A stretch of DNA of 64,000 nt. It comes from Candidatus Freyarchaeum deiterrae (GTDB taxonomy: Archaea; Asgardarchaeota; Jordiarchaeia; Jordiarchaeales; Jordiarchaeaceae). The translations under genes and the position numbers were made by a program. How positions within the stretch are numbered: the stretch's first letter is position 1; each line of letters opens with the position of its first letter. The stretch lies in contig CP147778.1 in assembly GCA_037305845.1 (NCBI GenBank), positions 1,696,001 through 1,760,000 of the forward strand. The letters are read 5' to 3'. This document shows, one piece after another, positions 10,587-20,606 of this stretch. The notes under the pieces were generated by a model. The model was not told where the DNA came from, did no database searches, and saw nothing but the letters and a program-made list of their open reading frames with translations.

Positions 10587-11270
10587 TTGAAGGTAGCTGT
10601 TTTATTTAGCGGTGGAAAAGACTCGAGCTACGCTACTCAATGGAGTATCGACCAGTCTTACACTATTACGGCATTAGTATCTATTATTCCCAAGAGGTCT
10701 GACAGTTATATGTATCATACGCCCAATATTGAATTGACCAGGCTTCAAGCTAAGGCGACTGGATTTCCTCATATTACACGGCAATCTTCTGGAATTAAAG
10801 AAGAAGAAGTCAAAGATTTGGAAGCCGCTATCAAACCGTTAGATATAGACGGTATAGTTTCAGGGGCAGTTGCTAGCGAATATCAAAAGTCACGTGTAGA
10901 TTTAGTTTCAGAAAAATTAGGTATACGCAGTATAGCCCCGCTCTGGCATAAAGACCCATTAATCTATCTAAAAGACATCATAAACCGTGGTTTTCACGTA
11001 ATTTTCGTTGGAGTATACGCTCTAGGTTTTAATAAAAACTGGTTAGGGCGTAGGTTAGACGAGTCCGCACTCAAAGAACTAATAGAATTAAACAAAAATT
11101 ACGGAGTGCATTTATCGGGTGAAGGTGGAGAATATGAAACTTTGGTACTAGATGCACCTTTTTTCAATAGAGCTATAAAAATAATTAAATCTGAAACGAT
11201 TTGGGAAAAAGATAACGGAAATTTGGATGTCAAGCGAGCTAAGCTAATAGAAAAGGCTAAGAAGCTTTAA
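10587..11270 (+). CDS. dph6: Diphthine--ammonia ligase family (Dph6)
   Basis: FSGGKDS PP-loop, SYMYH, GAVASEYQ, GEGGEYETLVLDAP. Confidence 0.88.
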   Translation: MKVAVLFSGGKDSSYATQWSIDQSYTITALVSIIPKRSDSYMYHTPNIELTRLQAKATGFPHITRQSSGIKEEEVKDLEAAIKPLDIDGIVSGAVASEYQKSRVDLVSEKLGIRSIAPLWHKDPLIYLKDIINRGFHVIFVGVYALGFNKNWLGRRLDESALKELIELNKNYGVHLSGEGGEYETLVLDAPFFNRAIKIIKSETIWEKDNGNLDVKRAKLIEKAKKL

Positions 11271-11325
11271 ATTAATTTAATTTTCATAGTCCTAGTACCC
11301 CCACCAATTGACTGCTTGTGATTAA

Positions 11326-11622
11326 ATGGCTAAAAACCAAACCATATCAAAGAACCAAGTTGAACATGTAGCTTGGCTTGCTAGATTAGAGTTAACCGAC
11401 GATGAAAAAGAGGCATTTACAAAGCAATTAAACGAAATACTGGATTACTTCAAGAAAATTGATGAGATAGATACCTCAAACATCGAGCCTACTTTTCACG
11501 TTTTAGATTTAGTGAATGTACTGAGAGACGACAAAGTCGAGCCCTCCTTATCTAAAGAGGATGCATTGAAAAACGCCCCGCAGAAGGAAGATTCATTTAT
11601 AAAAGCCCCAAAAATACTCTGA
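11326..11622 (+). CDS. gatC: Asp/Glu-tRNA amidotransferase subunit C
   Basis: VEHVAWLARL, LRDD, NAP..E..FIKAPKI. Confidence 0.95.
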   Translation: MAKNQTISKNQVEHVAWLARLELTDDEKEAFTKQLNEILDYFKKIDEIDTSNIEPTFHVLDLVNVLRDDKVEPSLSKEDALKNAPQKEDSFIKAPKIL

Positions 11623-11653
11623 ACAATTCGATTATCTTCGGGAGTGAACAGCA

Positions 11654-13117
11654 ATGGTTAATTATAATGAATTGACGTGCCATGAACTCAAAGAGATGAT
11701 AGATAACCAGGAGGTTTCCTCGGAGGAAGTAGTGAATTCTGTTTTTGATCGCATAGATAAAATTGAGCCGAAGGTACATGCATATATTTCTTTGTTTCGA
11801 GATTCAGCTTTACAAGATGCGAGGGTTATCGATAGTCAAATTAAAAAAGGGGGAACTGTGGGCAAGCTGAGCGGGATTCCCATCGCAATCAAGGATGTTA
11901 TGTGTACAAAAGGTAAGTTTACTACCTGCGGCTCGAGAATTATTGAAAATTATATCCCCCCATTCGACGCGACTGTGGTTGATTGTGTTAAAAAAGAGGG
12001 CGTAATAATTACCGGCAAAACTAATACGGACGAGTTTGCTATGGGTTCCTCCACGGAGAATAGTGCTTTTGGCTATTCTAGTAATCCCTGGGAATTAGGT
12101 CATGTTACTGGAGGGTCTTCTGGTGGCAGCGCAGCCGCGCTAGCCGCAGATGAAACAGTACTGGCTCTGGGAAGCGACACCGGCGGCTCTGTCCGTTGTC
12201 CGGCAAGCTTCTGCTCAGTTGTTGGACTAAAACCAACCTATGGGCTGGTAAGTCGTTACGGGCTCATAGCTTACGCTAATAGTTTAGAACAGATTGGTCC
12301 CATGACCAAAGATGTTACGGATTGTGCACTATTATTAGGTATAATAAATGGAAATGATCACCGCGACAGCACCTCAGTGCCTTTCCCAAACAAAAGTTAT
12401 ATGAATGCTTTGGTTAGTGATGTCAAGGACTTTACTCTTGGAGTCCCGAAGGAATTTTTTGGTGAAGGCACAGAGGAGGCTGTTGAAAAATGTGTTTGGG
12501 ACGCCATTCACAAATTTGAGGATTTAGGCGCTAATTATGATGAAATTTCCATGCCCCACATGGCTTATTCAATTCCCACTTACTACTTAATAGCGATGTC
12601 CGAGGCAAGCTCAAACTTGGCTAGATTCGATGGAATTCGATACGGTTTTCGGGAAGAAAAAAACGAAGCCGACTGGGATACGGTTTTTGGAATAACCCGC
12701 CAGAAAGGATTTGGTGCAGAAGTTAAACGCCGTATAATCTTGGGAACCTTTGCTCTCTCGGCAGGGTACTATGATAAATATTATCTAAAAGCCTTGAAAA
12801 TTAGGACGCTAATAAAAAACGATTTCGAAAAAGCTTTATCAAAACATATCGCTCTCATAACTCCAACAATGCCAACGACTCCTTTCAAAATCGGTGAAAA
12901 AGTTGAAGACCCGCTCAGTATGTATATGAGTGACATAGATACTGTTCCCATAAATCTAGCTGGAGTTCCTTCGGTTTCAATTCCTTGTGGTTTTGCAAAC
13001 AATTTACCCATAGGCATGCAAATTATTGGACGCTTTTATGAAGAAGAAACTATACTGCGCATAGCATACACTTATGAACAAAACACTCAATTCCATAAAG
13101 AAAAACCAAATCTTTAA
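11654..13117 (+). CDS. gatA: Asp/Glu-tRNA amidotransferase subunit A
   Basis: Amidase signature GGSSGGSAAA, GSDTGGSVR, SSNLARFDG, FGAEVKRRI. Confidence 0.97.
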   Translation: MVNYNELTCHELKEMIDNQEVSSEEVVNSVFDRIDKIEPKVHAYISLFRDSALQDARVIDSQIKKGGTVGKLSGIPIAIKDVMCTKGKFTTCGSRIIENYIPPFDATVVDCVKKEGVIITGKTNTDEFAMGSSTENSAFGYSSNPWELGHVTGGSSGGSAAALAADETVLALGSDTGGSVRCPASFCSVVGLKPTYGLVSRYGLIAYANSLEQIGPMTKDVTDCALLLGIINGNDHRDSTSVPFPNKSYMNALVSDVKDFTLGVPKEFFGEGTEEAVEKCVWDAIHKFEDLGANYDEISMPHMAYSIPTYYLIAMSEASSNLARFDGIRYGFREEKNEADWDTVFGITRQKGFGAEVKRRIILGTFALSAGYYDKYYLKALKIRTLIKNDFEKALSKHIALITPTMPTTPFKIGEKVEDPLSMYMSDIDTVPINLAGVPSVSIPCGFANNLPIGMQIIGRFYEEETILRIAYTYEQNTQFHKEKPNL

Positions 13118-13197
13118 AAAAATAATTCTTGAAATAAATTCCAAGTCTGCCAAAAAGACTGAGATATCTAACATCCGCCCTTAGATGGTGAAAAAAA

Positions 13198-14673
13198 TTG
13201 GCCGGCGCTCAAAAATCAACTGAACTTGAAAAAAGTGAAGTCAAAATTGGATTGGAAATACATGTTCAACTCACCGCATTAAATACTAAGCTTTTTTGTG
13301 GTTGCAGCACAGACTACAGAGGCAAAGAACCTAACTCCTTTGTATGCCCAGTTTGTCTTGGTCTTCCAGGATCGTTGCCTGTTTTAAACAGAAGAGCAGT
13401 TGATTTGGGGATGATGGTCGCTATCGCTCTAAATTCTCAGATTTCCCACCGGATGATATTTGACCGCAAGAATTATTTTTATGTTGACATGTCTAAAAAT
13501 TTCCAAATATCACAATATGACAAAGCTGGTGGAATTCCTTTATCCATCGGAGGATGGGTTGATTTTGAAGTCAACGGGGCCGTTAAAAGGGTTGGAATTA
13601 TACGATTACAACTGGAAGAGGACCCCGCTCGTTTGTTTTATCACGGAACCATCGATAGCTCACCTTACACCCTAGTTGACTATAATAGGGCCGGTGTCGC
13701 CTTATTAGAAATTGTCACCGAGCCAGAGCTAAAATCAGCAGATGAAGCACGACTCTTCTTACAAAAACTACGCTCCATCATAGAACATCTAGGAGTTTCG
13801 AATGGCGCCCTACAAGGTTCGATGCGTTGCGATGCAAATATTTCTCTACAAGGCGGCAAACGAGTAGAAGTAAAAAATATCTCATCGTTTCTAGAGGTAA
13901 AAAGGGCATTACAGTATGAAATAATTCGGCAAAAACAGCTTCTGAGAAGAAAGTCAACTGTAGAGCAAGAAACACGACACTGGGATGCGGATAGACGAAT
14001 AACAATATCTCTTAGAACAAAAGAAACCGAAAGTGATTACCGATATTTCCCTGAACCAGATTTAGTACCGGTGGAAATATCCAAAAACTGGATCAAGGAA
14101 ATTCAATCCAGAATGCCAGAGCTTCCAGACGCCCGGAAAGCACGCCTAATAAAGGAATTTGATATACCGGAATATGATGCCGGGGTACTCACAAGTTCTA
14201 AAGCACTTGCAGATTTTTTTGAAGAATGCTGTCATTTATATCCCGACGCTAAAAAAATTAGTAACTGGATTATGACGGATCTGACTCGTTATCTAAAAGA
14301 GTTGGGAATTGAAATTTCAGAAGCAAAAATAAAACCAGAACACCTCATAGATATGCTAAAACTCATTGACGAAGGCGAGATAAGTGGAAAAATAGCTAAA
14401 AAGGTTCTAAACGAAATTTTAAGAAACGGGGAACCTCCTAAAGAAATCATACAAAAAGAAAATCTAATAAAAATTAGCGATAGAGCCCAATTACTGAAAA
14501 TTATAGACAAAGTTTTCGAAGAATTTCCCAAAGCAGTACAAGACGCAAAAACAGATCAAAACACTATAAATTATTTGGTTGGACAAGTCATGAACAAAAC
14601 AAAAGGAAAAGCAGATCCTGGAATCACAAACAAGCTAATAAGAAAAAAATTAGCGGAATATCCGACTGCGTAA
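13198..14673 (+). CDS. gatB: Asp/Glu-tRNA amidotransferase subunit B
   Basis: IGLEIHVQL, RKNYFY, DYNRAG, MRCDANIS, DYRYFPEPDL. Confidence 0.97.
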   Translation: MAGAQKSTELEKSEVKIGLEIHVQLTALNTKLFCGCSTDYRGKEPNSFVCPVCLGLPGSLPVLNRRAVDLGMMVAIALNSQISHRMIFDRKNYFYVDMSKNFQISQYDKAGGIPLSIGGWVDFEVNGAVKRVGIIRLQLEEDPARLFYHGTIDSSPYTLVDYNRAGVALLEIVTEPELKSADEARLFLQKLRSIIEHLGVSNGALQGSMRCDANISLQGGKRVEVKNISSFLEVKRALQYEIIRQKQLLRRKSTVEQETRHWDADRRITISLRTKETESDYRYFPEPDLVPVEISKNWIKEIQSRMPELPDARKARLIKEFDIPEYDAGVLTSSKALADFFEECCHLYPDAKKISNWIMTDLTRYLKELGIEISEAKIKPEHLIDMLKLIDEGEISGKIAKKVLNEILRNGEPPKEIIQKENLIKISDRAQLLKIIDKVFEEFPKAVQDAKTDQNTINYLVGQVMNKTKGKADPGITNKLIRKKLAEYPTA

Positions 14674-14761
14674 ATATACCCTACATGCTTTTCCCATCTC
14701 TACTAGAATCAATGAGTCTTCACGCTTAAAATGCTGCTTTTCAAAAAACAATTTAATAGAA

Positions 14762-15206
14762 GAAGGTTTAGGCTTTGGAGCAAATTGGTTGCTCTTTCTT
14801 CGGAAAGCCCTTCGCTAGAACGCGTTTAAATTCGTTCTAGCTGGGTGAAGCCCGATAACACCCTCTATCCCGTCTGCGAAAGCTTCCGGGAATGCCTTCT
14901 TCCGTAACTACTAGTAGAAGAAACCTTTTTTCAAGCCTAATTAGTATAAATCATTCTTTTAAAAGTACCACCGAGAAAGATAGAGGGGGGTGGGCTCCCT
15001 TTCGGGGGAAGTTGATGAGTTGCTGCTTTTGCTTCTGCTTCTTCTTTTTCCTTCAAGGGCTGATGCCCGATGTGCTCATCCACCATCGCGCATGGTGGAG
15101 TAAAAGAGAAAGCAGGAATAGGATAGGGAGTAGAATTTATAGGGGAGGAGTGATGTCAAGTAACTCCTGTAAGAGGGGCGTTGTTTAACCCCCGGCGGTG
15201 TACAGG
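14762..15206 (+). ncRNA. Putative large structured non-coding RNA of unknown class
   Basis: GC-enriched intergenic island with many helices (gctagaacg/cgttctagc, ccctctatc/gatagaggg, tccct-ttcg-gggga, tccaccat/atggtgga, gagttgct/agtaactc, cctgta/tacagg). UUCG/GAAA loops and G-U pairs favour the + strand. Confidence 0.6.
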
Positions 15207-15355
15207 TTCCTTAATAAAGAGTGAAACTAATTTTGCCCCAAAACCGTTTATAGATAAGAGGAAAAGTCTAAAATACTGTAATATCAAAATATTATCCAAT
15301 AAGATTATTCTATCTCTGGAGTTTTGATGTTTAAAAATAAAGTGGTGAGGTATTT

Positions 15356-16111
15356 ATGGAGTCAAAAGATTCTGTTGAAATTGTTGAGATCACTCCAATA
15401 ACTGTTCGCAAAATAAACTTTCTGATAGGGCTTCCAGATGTAGGTTTGGTTGGAATGATAGCTGCATCTCATCTAGTAGAGTCATTAAATATGAATGTTG
15501 TCGGCTATCTTGAGTCTGATCTGTTTCCACCAGTAATTGTTTTGCATGGAAACAAAATCTATCATCCCTTCAGAATCTATCAAAAAGATAACATTCTTTT
15601 GCTCTTATCCGAAATTCCTGTTCCCCCGTTAGCAGTTAATGCCATCTCTCAAGAACTAACCAAATGGTTGAAAGAAAAAAATGCTAGTCTTATTATGCCT
15701 CTCGGAGGAGTTCCAGTACCTAACAGAATGGCTGTTGAAGAGCCTGATGTTTACACAGTGCCCACAAATGATATAGCAAATAAATTAATAGACGATTTTT
15801 CACTTTTACGATTAGATGAGGGTATTATGGCAGGGCCTTATGCCAGCATTTTGTTGGACTGTAAGAAACTTGATCTACCATGCCTTGCTTTACTGGCTCA
15901 GAGCTTCCCTAACTATCCTGATCCAGGTGCTGCCGCATCGGTTATTAAGGTTATCAACAAAGTCTTGAAAATGAACATCGATGTAGGTGAGCTTATTAAG
16001 AATGCAGAGGAAATTCGTGTAAAAACGAGGGATCTTATGCAAAGAACTAATGAACAAGGTCAAACTATGGGTAAATCACAGGAGTATGATTTACCTGCGA
16101 TGTACTCTTAG
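15356..16111 (+). CDS. Proteasome assembly chaperone (PAC2/Pba family)
   Basis: GLPDVGLVG, PFRIY, YPDPGAAA; C-terminal HbYX-type MYS. Confidence 0.9.
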   Translation: MESKDSVEIVEITPITVRKINFLIGLPDVGLVGMIAASHLVESLNMNVVGYLESDLFPPVIVLHGNKIYHPFRIYQKDNILLLLSEIPVPPLAVNAISQELTKWLKEKNASLIMPLGGVPVPNRMAVEEPDVYTVPTNDIANKLIDDFSLLRLDEGIMAGPYASILLDCKKLDLPCLALLAQSFPNYPDPGAAASVIKVINKVLKMNIDVGELIKNAEEIRVKTRDLMQRTNEQGQTMGKSQEYDLPAMYS

Positions 16112-16123
16112 GAGGGAAACATT

Positions 16124-16588
16124 ATGCCTGAAAAGAAAAAAACTGAGATAGATACTTTTGACCAAGTTATGAATTATATTTCTCAAGTTGAGAAGAGATT
16201 TGACGAAACTTTCTCCTCGATGTTTAGCCCTATTAGTGTCTCTAGACCTTCGTGGAATCCCGACAAATGTTGTCTTGTTCCTCTTGTTGAAGTTCAGGAG
16301 AACCCAGAAGAAATAATAGTTACAGCAGATCTTCCCTACGTGGATAAAGAAAACATTGATATTAACGCTACAGAAACTTCGTTAGAAATAGAAGCAAAAA
16401 TGAGAAATGCTATAAGATTCGAACGTTGGGGAACTGTTCAGCGTGAAATCTCATTCGATTGTTACCATAAATCAGTAAAACTACCCAGTAGAGTAGATTA
16501 CGAAAAATCAAAAGCAGAGTTCCAAGGAGGTATACTCCGCATCTCTTTACCTAAAAAGGCAAGCAAACAAAAAATTGAAATTACCTAA
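16124..16588 (+). CDS. Small heat shock protein (Hsp20/alpha-crystallin)
   Basis: PLVEVQE...ADLPYVDKENI...AEFQGGILRISLPK. Confidence 0.9.
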   Translation: MPEKKKTEIDTFDQVMNYISQVEKRFDETFSSMFSPISVSRPSWNPDKCCLVPLVEVQENPEEIIVTADLPYVDKENIDINATETSLEIEAKMRNAIRFERWGTVQREISFDCYHKSVKLPSRVDYEKSKAEFQGGILRISLPKKASKQKIEIT

Positions 16589-16651
16589 ATAACTACCCTT
16601 TAAGTACTTAATAATTCGAAAAAATAAAAATTTCTTTGTAGGTGGCAATAA

Positions 16652-17047
16652 ATGTCAAAGAAAATCACTGAGGTTTCGCATATAAAGGTGGGCTCATACC
16701 TAGTAATAGACGAGGCACCATACAAGGTTGTAAGTACTGCAACGTCAAAAAGTGGCAAGCACGGTCACGCAAAGGTTCGTTTAGTAGCTGTGAATTTATT
16801 CGATGATACTAAAAAAGATCTTGTGCTCCCAGGCGACTCCAAGATTGACGTACCATTAATTGACAAAAGAAATGGGCAGGTTATATCAGTAGGCGAAAAC
16901 GTGATGCTAATGGACTTAGAAACATATGAGACCTTTGAAACTCCTAAACCGAAAGATGAAGAAATACTCTCAAAATTAAAAGACGGAGCAGAAGTAGAAT
17001 ACTGGATCGTTATGGGCAAGAAAAAAATAGTGAGGGCAAAGGGTTAA
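16652..17047 (+). CDS. eif5a: Translation factor aIF5A
   Basis: Hypusine motif SKSGKHGHAK. Confidence 0.97.
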   Translation: MSKKITEVSHIKVGSYLVIDEAPYKVVSTATSKSGKHGHAKVRLVAVNLFDDTKKDLVLPGDSKIDVPLIDKRNGQVISVGENVMLMDLETYETFETPKPKDEEILSKLKDGAEVEYWIVMGKKKIVRAKG

Positions 17048-17175
17048 CAACCACTATCTGTACACAACCTAATTTTTTAAAATTCAAAAATGATGAAACC
17101 ATTTTTCTTACAAATATTTTCTTTATTTTTAACAAAAAGGAAAATTTCAAGCTTATTCTATATTAAATTTGAGGC

Positions 17176-17736
17176 TTGTTAATGTCAGATATACGAAAAA
17201 AAACTTTAGAAACTAACGAGGAAAAGGCTAAAAGTTACGTTTTAGATTCTTCTGCATTAATAGGAGGCTATAATCCAAATTTAATAAACGCCAATCAATT
17301 TATTACACCCGATATTTTTGAGGAAGTAAAGGATGAAAACTCGCGTATGATTTTGAATTTAGCTGTTTCGAATGGGATTCTAAAAGTTAGACCACCAACC
17401 CAAGAATCTATTAAAAGTGTGAAAAATGCTGCGAAGAACACAGGAGATAGCACGGTGCTATCTTTAATAGACATTAAAGTTCTAGCTCTGGCGCTTGATT
17501 TAAAAAACGAAAATCAAAACCCAACAATAATCACTGATGATTACTCCTTGCAAAACGCTGCAGAAACCCTAAGCATCCCCTTCAAAACCATGATTAAAAA
17601 AGGCATAAAACAGGGTTTCATTTGGACAAAATATTGCACCTCCTGCAAAAAACAATATCCCAACACTTACCCTGAAAAAATTTGTGAAATCTGTGGGGGA
17701 AATATAAAGAGGAGAGTTTTAAGAAAAACTAATTAA
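17176..17736 (+). CDS. nob1: Ribosome maturation endonuclease Nob1
   Basis: PIN domain (VLDSSA, TGD..LS..D, TDDYSLQN) plus C-terminal Zn ribbon. Confidence 0.9.
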   Translation: MLMSDIRKKTLETNEEKAKSYVLDSSALIGGYNPNLINANQFITPDIFEEVKDENSRMILNLAVSNGILKVRPPTQESIKSVKNAAKNTGDSTVLSLIDIKVLALALDLKNENQNPTIITDDYSLQNAAETLSIPFKTMIKKGIKQGFIWTKYCTSCKKQYPNTYPEKICEICGGNIKRRVLRKTN

Positions 17737-17811
17737 AAAATAATTTTAATCATTTATAGCTCTCATGAGCGAAAAGTGCCTAATTTCATTTATTATAAAC
17801 GAAGAGAGTGA

Positions 17812-19005
17812 ATGCCCAAATTGGATGAAACTAACAAAATTTCTACTCAATATACCTACTCACCAGATGTGGTTTCCAGACTAATTGAATACTACGGAGA
17901 TACACGGGCGGAAAAAATAATAAAAGAATTAAAAACACCAAGCCGAGTTTTTTCGATTCGAGTAAATAGTCTATTAACTTCAAGCAGTCATGTCCTAAAA
18001 GAATTAGAACAATCGTCCATAAGAGCAAAAATACATCCCACAATTAATGAGGCGATAATACTAGAAGTAAAAGGTCCGTTTCCAATAGGGGGAACTGGAA
18101 AAATTATCATCGCAGATAAATTCGCATGCGAATCCGTCATGCAAGGCTCGGACTTGTACTCATCTGGAATAACCAGACTGGGAAAAATAAAGAAAAATGA
18201 CCCTGTTGTAATTCAGGATAAAACAGGGTTTAAAGTAGCAGAAGGAACATCAAAAATGGACAGCAAAGAAATAATGCAGAGAGTAAAGGGCGTTGCAGTA
18301 CAAACCACAAAATCTATCTACAAAGTTCCCGATCTTAAAAATTCCCATCTTTATACTAACGGATTGATATACTTCCAAAGCCTCCCCGCAATCATTGTTA
18401 GTAAGATTCTAAAACCACAACAAAACGAGTTTGTAATCGACATGTGCTCGGCTCCGGGAGGAAAAACCACACACGCGGCTCAAATAATGGATAACACTGG
18501 CAAAATTCTCGCCCTAGACCGCTCCAAAAAAAAGCTGGAAAAACTTAGAAGTAACATGAAGCGCCTAGGAATCAAAAACGTCATTTCAATACGCTTGAAC
18601 TCACTACTATTAAACAAAAAATACCCTTGCCTAGAAGCTGACAAAATCATAGTAGACCCCCCCTGCACCGCAATTGGAGTTAGACCAAAACTTTACGATA
18701 AAACCACAGAGGAACAAATTATAGCCACATCCGTATATCAACGCCAATTTCTAAAAGCCGCCGCAAAACTCCTGAAACCAGGAGGTACAATGGTGTACAG
18801 CACATGCACCATGACAGTCGAAGAAAACGAACTGAACGTAAAATACTGTTTAGAAGAACTGGGATTAGAACTCAATGATCTTCCAAAAACCTATGGCTCA
18901 CCAGGGTTATCAAACTACTTTACAGAAGCAAAAAAGACCCTAAGATTCGAACCTGATTTACATCAAACCCCCGGCTATTTTATAGCCTCTCTTCACAAAA
19001 CATAA
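17812..19005 (+). CDS. RsmB/NOP2/NSUN-family RNA m5C methyltransferase with PUA domain
   Basis: DMCSAPGGKT, VDPPCT, VYSTCT, EENE; PUA insertion. Confidence 0.9.
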   Translation: MPKLDETNKISTQYTYSPDVVSRLIEYYGDTRAEKIIKELKTPSRVFSIRVNSLLTSSSHVLKELEQSSIRAKIHPTINEAIILEVKGPFPIGGTGKIIIADKFACESVMQGSDLYSSGITRLGKIKKNDPVVIQDKTGFKVAEGTSKMDSKEIMQRVKGVAVQTTKSIYKVPDLKNSHLYTNGLIYFQSLPAIIVSKILKPQQNEFVIDMCSAPGGKTTHAAQIMDNTGKILALDRSKKKLEKLRSNMKRLGIKNVISIRLNSLLLNKKYPCLEADKIIVDPPCTAIGVRPKLYDKTTEEQIIATSVYQRQFLKAAAKLLKPGGTMVYSTCTMTVEENELNVKYCLEELGLELNDLPKTYGSPGLSNYFTEAKKTLRFEPDLHQTPGYFIASLHKT

Positions 19006-19056
19006 AATAAGAATATGATATCCTACGTTTTAGTCTGGAACTTTTAAAAAAATATT

Positions 19057-19569
19057 TTAAATTTTCAAAATTTTAGCACTCATTTCCTCTAGGTCCAGAA
19101 TTGCTATTGTTCCGTTCCCAATAGTCACAACTCCATTAACTATAGGGTAACTACAGCTTCCGGGATTTATTACCAAAACATTGTTCTGTTTTGCAATGGA
19201 CGCCTCATGGCTATGACCATTGATAACAATGTCGTATTTTCCTGAGAGAATAAGCGCCTCTACAACTTCCGGCCACACTCCATGCGTTAGAGCTATCTTT
19301 TTACCACTGACTTCGAATGCAAAAAATATGGGTTTTAACTCGCCGCCAATTTTCTCCAAAAACATTCTCAAAGCCGCCGGGTCGCCATCGTTATTCCCAG
19401 TAACACATATAATTTTACAATTAAGTTTCTCGAACTCCCTAACGCTAAAGGGACTAACAATATCCCCAGCATGAAGCACAAGATCAACCGATTCCGAGTT
19501 GAACTTTTCAATAGCCGCCCGTATCGCCTCAAGCCTATCATGACTATCAGACATTATCCCAATCAACAA
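19057..19569 (-). CDS. YfcE/MJ0936-family metallophosphoesterase
   Basis: SDSH, HAGD, GNND, THG, GHSH and NPGS motifs. Confidence 0.9.
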   Translation of the reverse strand: MLIGIMSDSHDRLEAIRAAIEKFNSESVDLVLHAGDIVSPFSVREFEKLNCKIICVTGNNDGDPAALRMFLEKIGGELKPIFFAFEVSGKKIALTHGVWPEVVEALILSGKYDIVINGHSHEASIAKQNNVLVINPGSCSYPIVNGVVTIGNGTIAILDLEEMSAKILKI

Positions 19570-19596
19570 TCAAAATACCTCCATCTAACAATTATC

Positions 19597-20050
19597 TCAA
19601 TCTTTCACCCAATAGGCTCCACTACCAGAGTACTCCTTTTTATGGGCTGCCTTTCTAAGCAGCTTTCCATATCGGAGCCTCTTTCTTGTATCTCTCCACA
19701 GCCTCAACAAGTGCAGAAAACAATTCCTTCCTATGGGCTCCAGCAACAACTACGTACACCACTTCCTCTCCCACTTTAAATTCTCCCACATTGTGATGGA
19801 TTTGCACATCAATGATTCCTTCTTTATTCTTAATCTCCTCGCAAATATTTGTTAACGTTTCGTTCGCCTTTTCTTCATAAGCTTCTAATTCAAGCTTTTC
19901 CACCGGGATACTCTCTTGCGTTTCTCCACGAACTATCCCAATGAAACAGGCAATAGCACCAGCCTTGTACAAATCTGGATTTTTCTTAATCTCGCTAATT
20001 ATGTCCATTAAATCTATCTCACCTTTATTATGAACTTCACCAGATCTCAT
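19597..20050 (-). CDS. moaE: Molybdopterin synthase catalytic subunit MoaE, two exons (20050-19665 and 19639-19597) split by a 25-nt BHB intron
   Basis: GAIACFIGIVR, LEAYEE, AGAHR motifs. The unspliced ORF stops at PIWKAA*. Removing 19640-19664 gives 429 nt (142 aa) ending PIWKKEYSGSGAYWVKD*. Confidence 0.9.
19640..19664 (-). other. Predicted pre-mRNA BHB intron in moaE
   Basis: mRNA reads AUGG-AA|A-GCUGCUU-AGAA-AGGCAGC-CCAU-AA|A. 4-bp central helix AUGG/CCAU, two AAA bulges, 7-bp inner stem, outer GCUCC/GGAGU pairing. Confidence 0.85.
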
Positions 20051-20275
20051 AATTTAAACCTCCTAAAAAGGACCAAACTAATTGAAAATTGATATTATAT
20101 TCCCAAATAAAAATGGAACGCATAATATTTCTACTAATTGGTTGATTAAAAACCACACGAGATTTTTAAATATTCATAAATCAGAACATTTGCTATATAT
20201 TAATAAATTTTATAGATATTCGTCCGACATATATTTAAAACTAGTAACCCTAAAAGAAGTCTAGGAGAAATAAAG

Positions 20276-20417
20276 GCAGGGCTAGCTAAGTGGTTAACAG
20301 CGCCGGACTCAAGATCCAAAAAAGTAGCCTAGATGGTTAAGCCATCCGGTCCCGTAGGGGTACGGGAGTTCGAAAGAGGGTAAAATTAACCTTCCGATAT
20401 TCTCCCGCCCTGCACCA
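20276..20417 (+). tRNA. tRNA-Leu(CAA) with two introns: 37/38 (20314-20343) and 59/60 (20375-20400)
   Basis: Acceptor GCAGGGC/GCCCTGC+ACCA; anticodon arm CCGGA-CT-CAA-GA-TCCGG; long variable arm; T arm GGGAG-TTCGAAT-CTCCC after splicing. Confidence 0.92.
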
Positions 20418-20606
20418 ATTTTTTGCTTTTGTTTCAAATCTATTTTTTTTAGATTTTTCGGATTCCAAATTGATAAATGAAAGTTATAGACGGCTATAGC
20501 TTTACTGTCAGCGAAACTTCGGAAATGTTCCTTCGATTAGGCCCCTTGAATTACTTGCTGTAACCTTCTTTTACTATACTACTAATCAAAAAGTTAATTG
20601 TGGAGT

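Noticed and set aside
14892-15188. 98-aa ORF in the ORF track
   Set aside because: Low-complexity translation (CCFCFCFFFF) arising from the pyrimidine tract of the structured RNA; no protein motif.
19655-20050. moaE as a simple truncated pseudogene
   Set aside because: The missing C-terminus is intact downstream and is restored exactly by BHB-rule excision.
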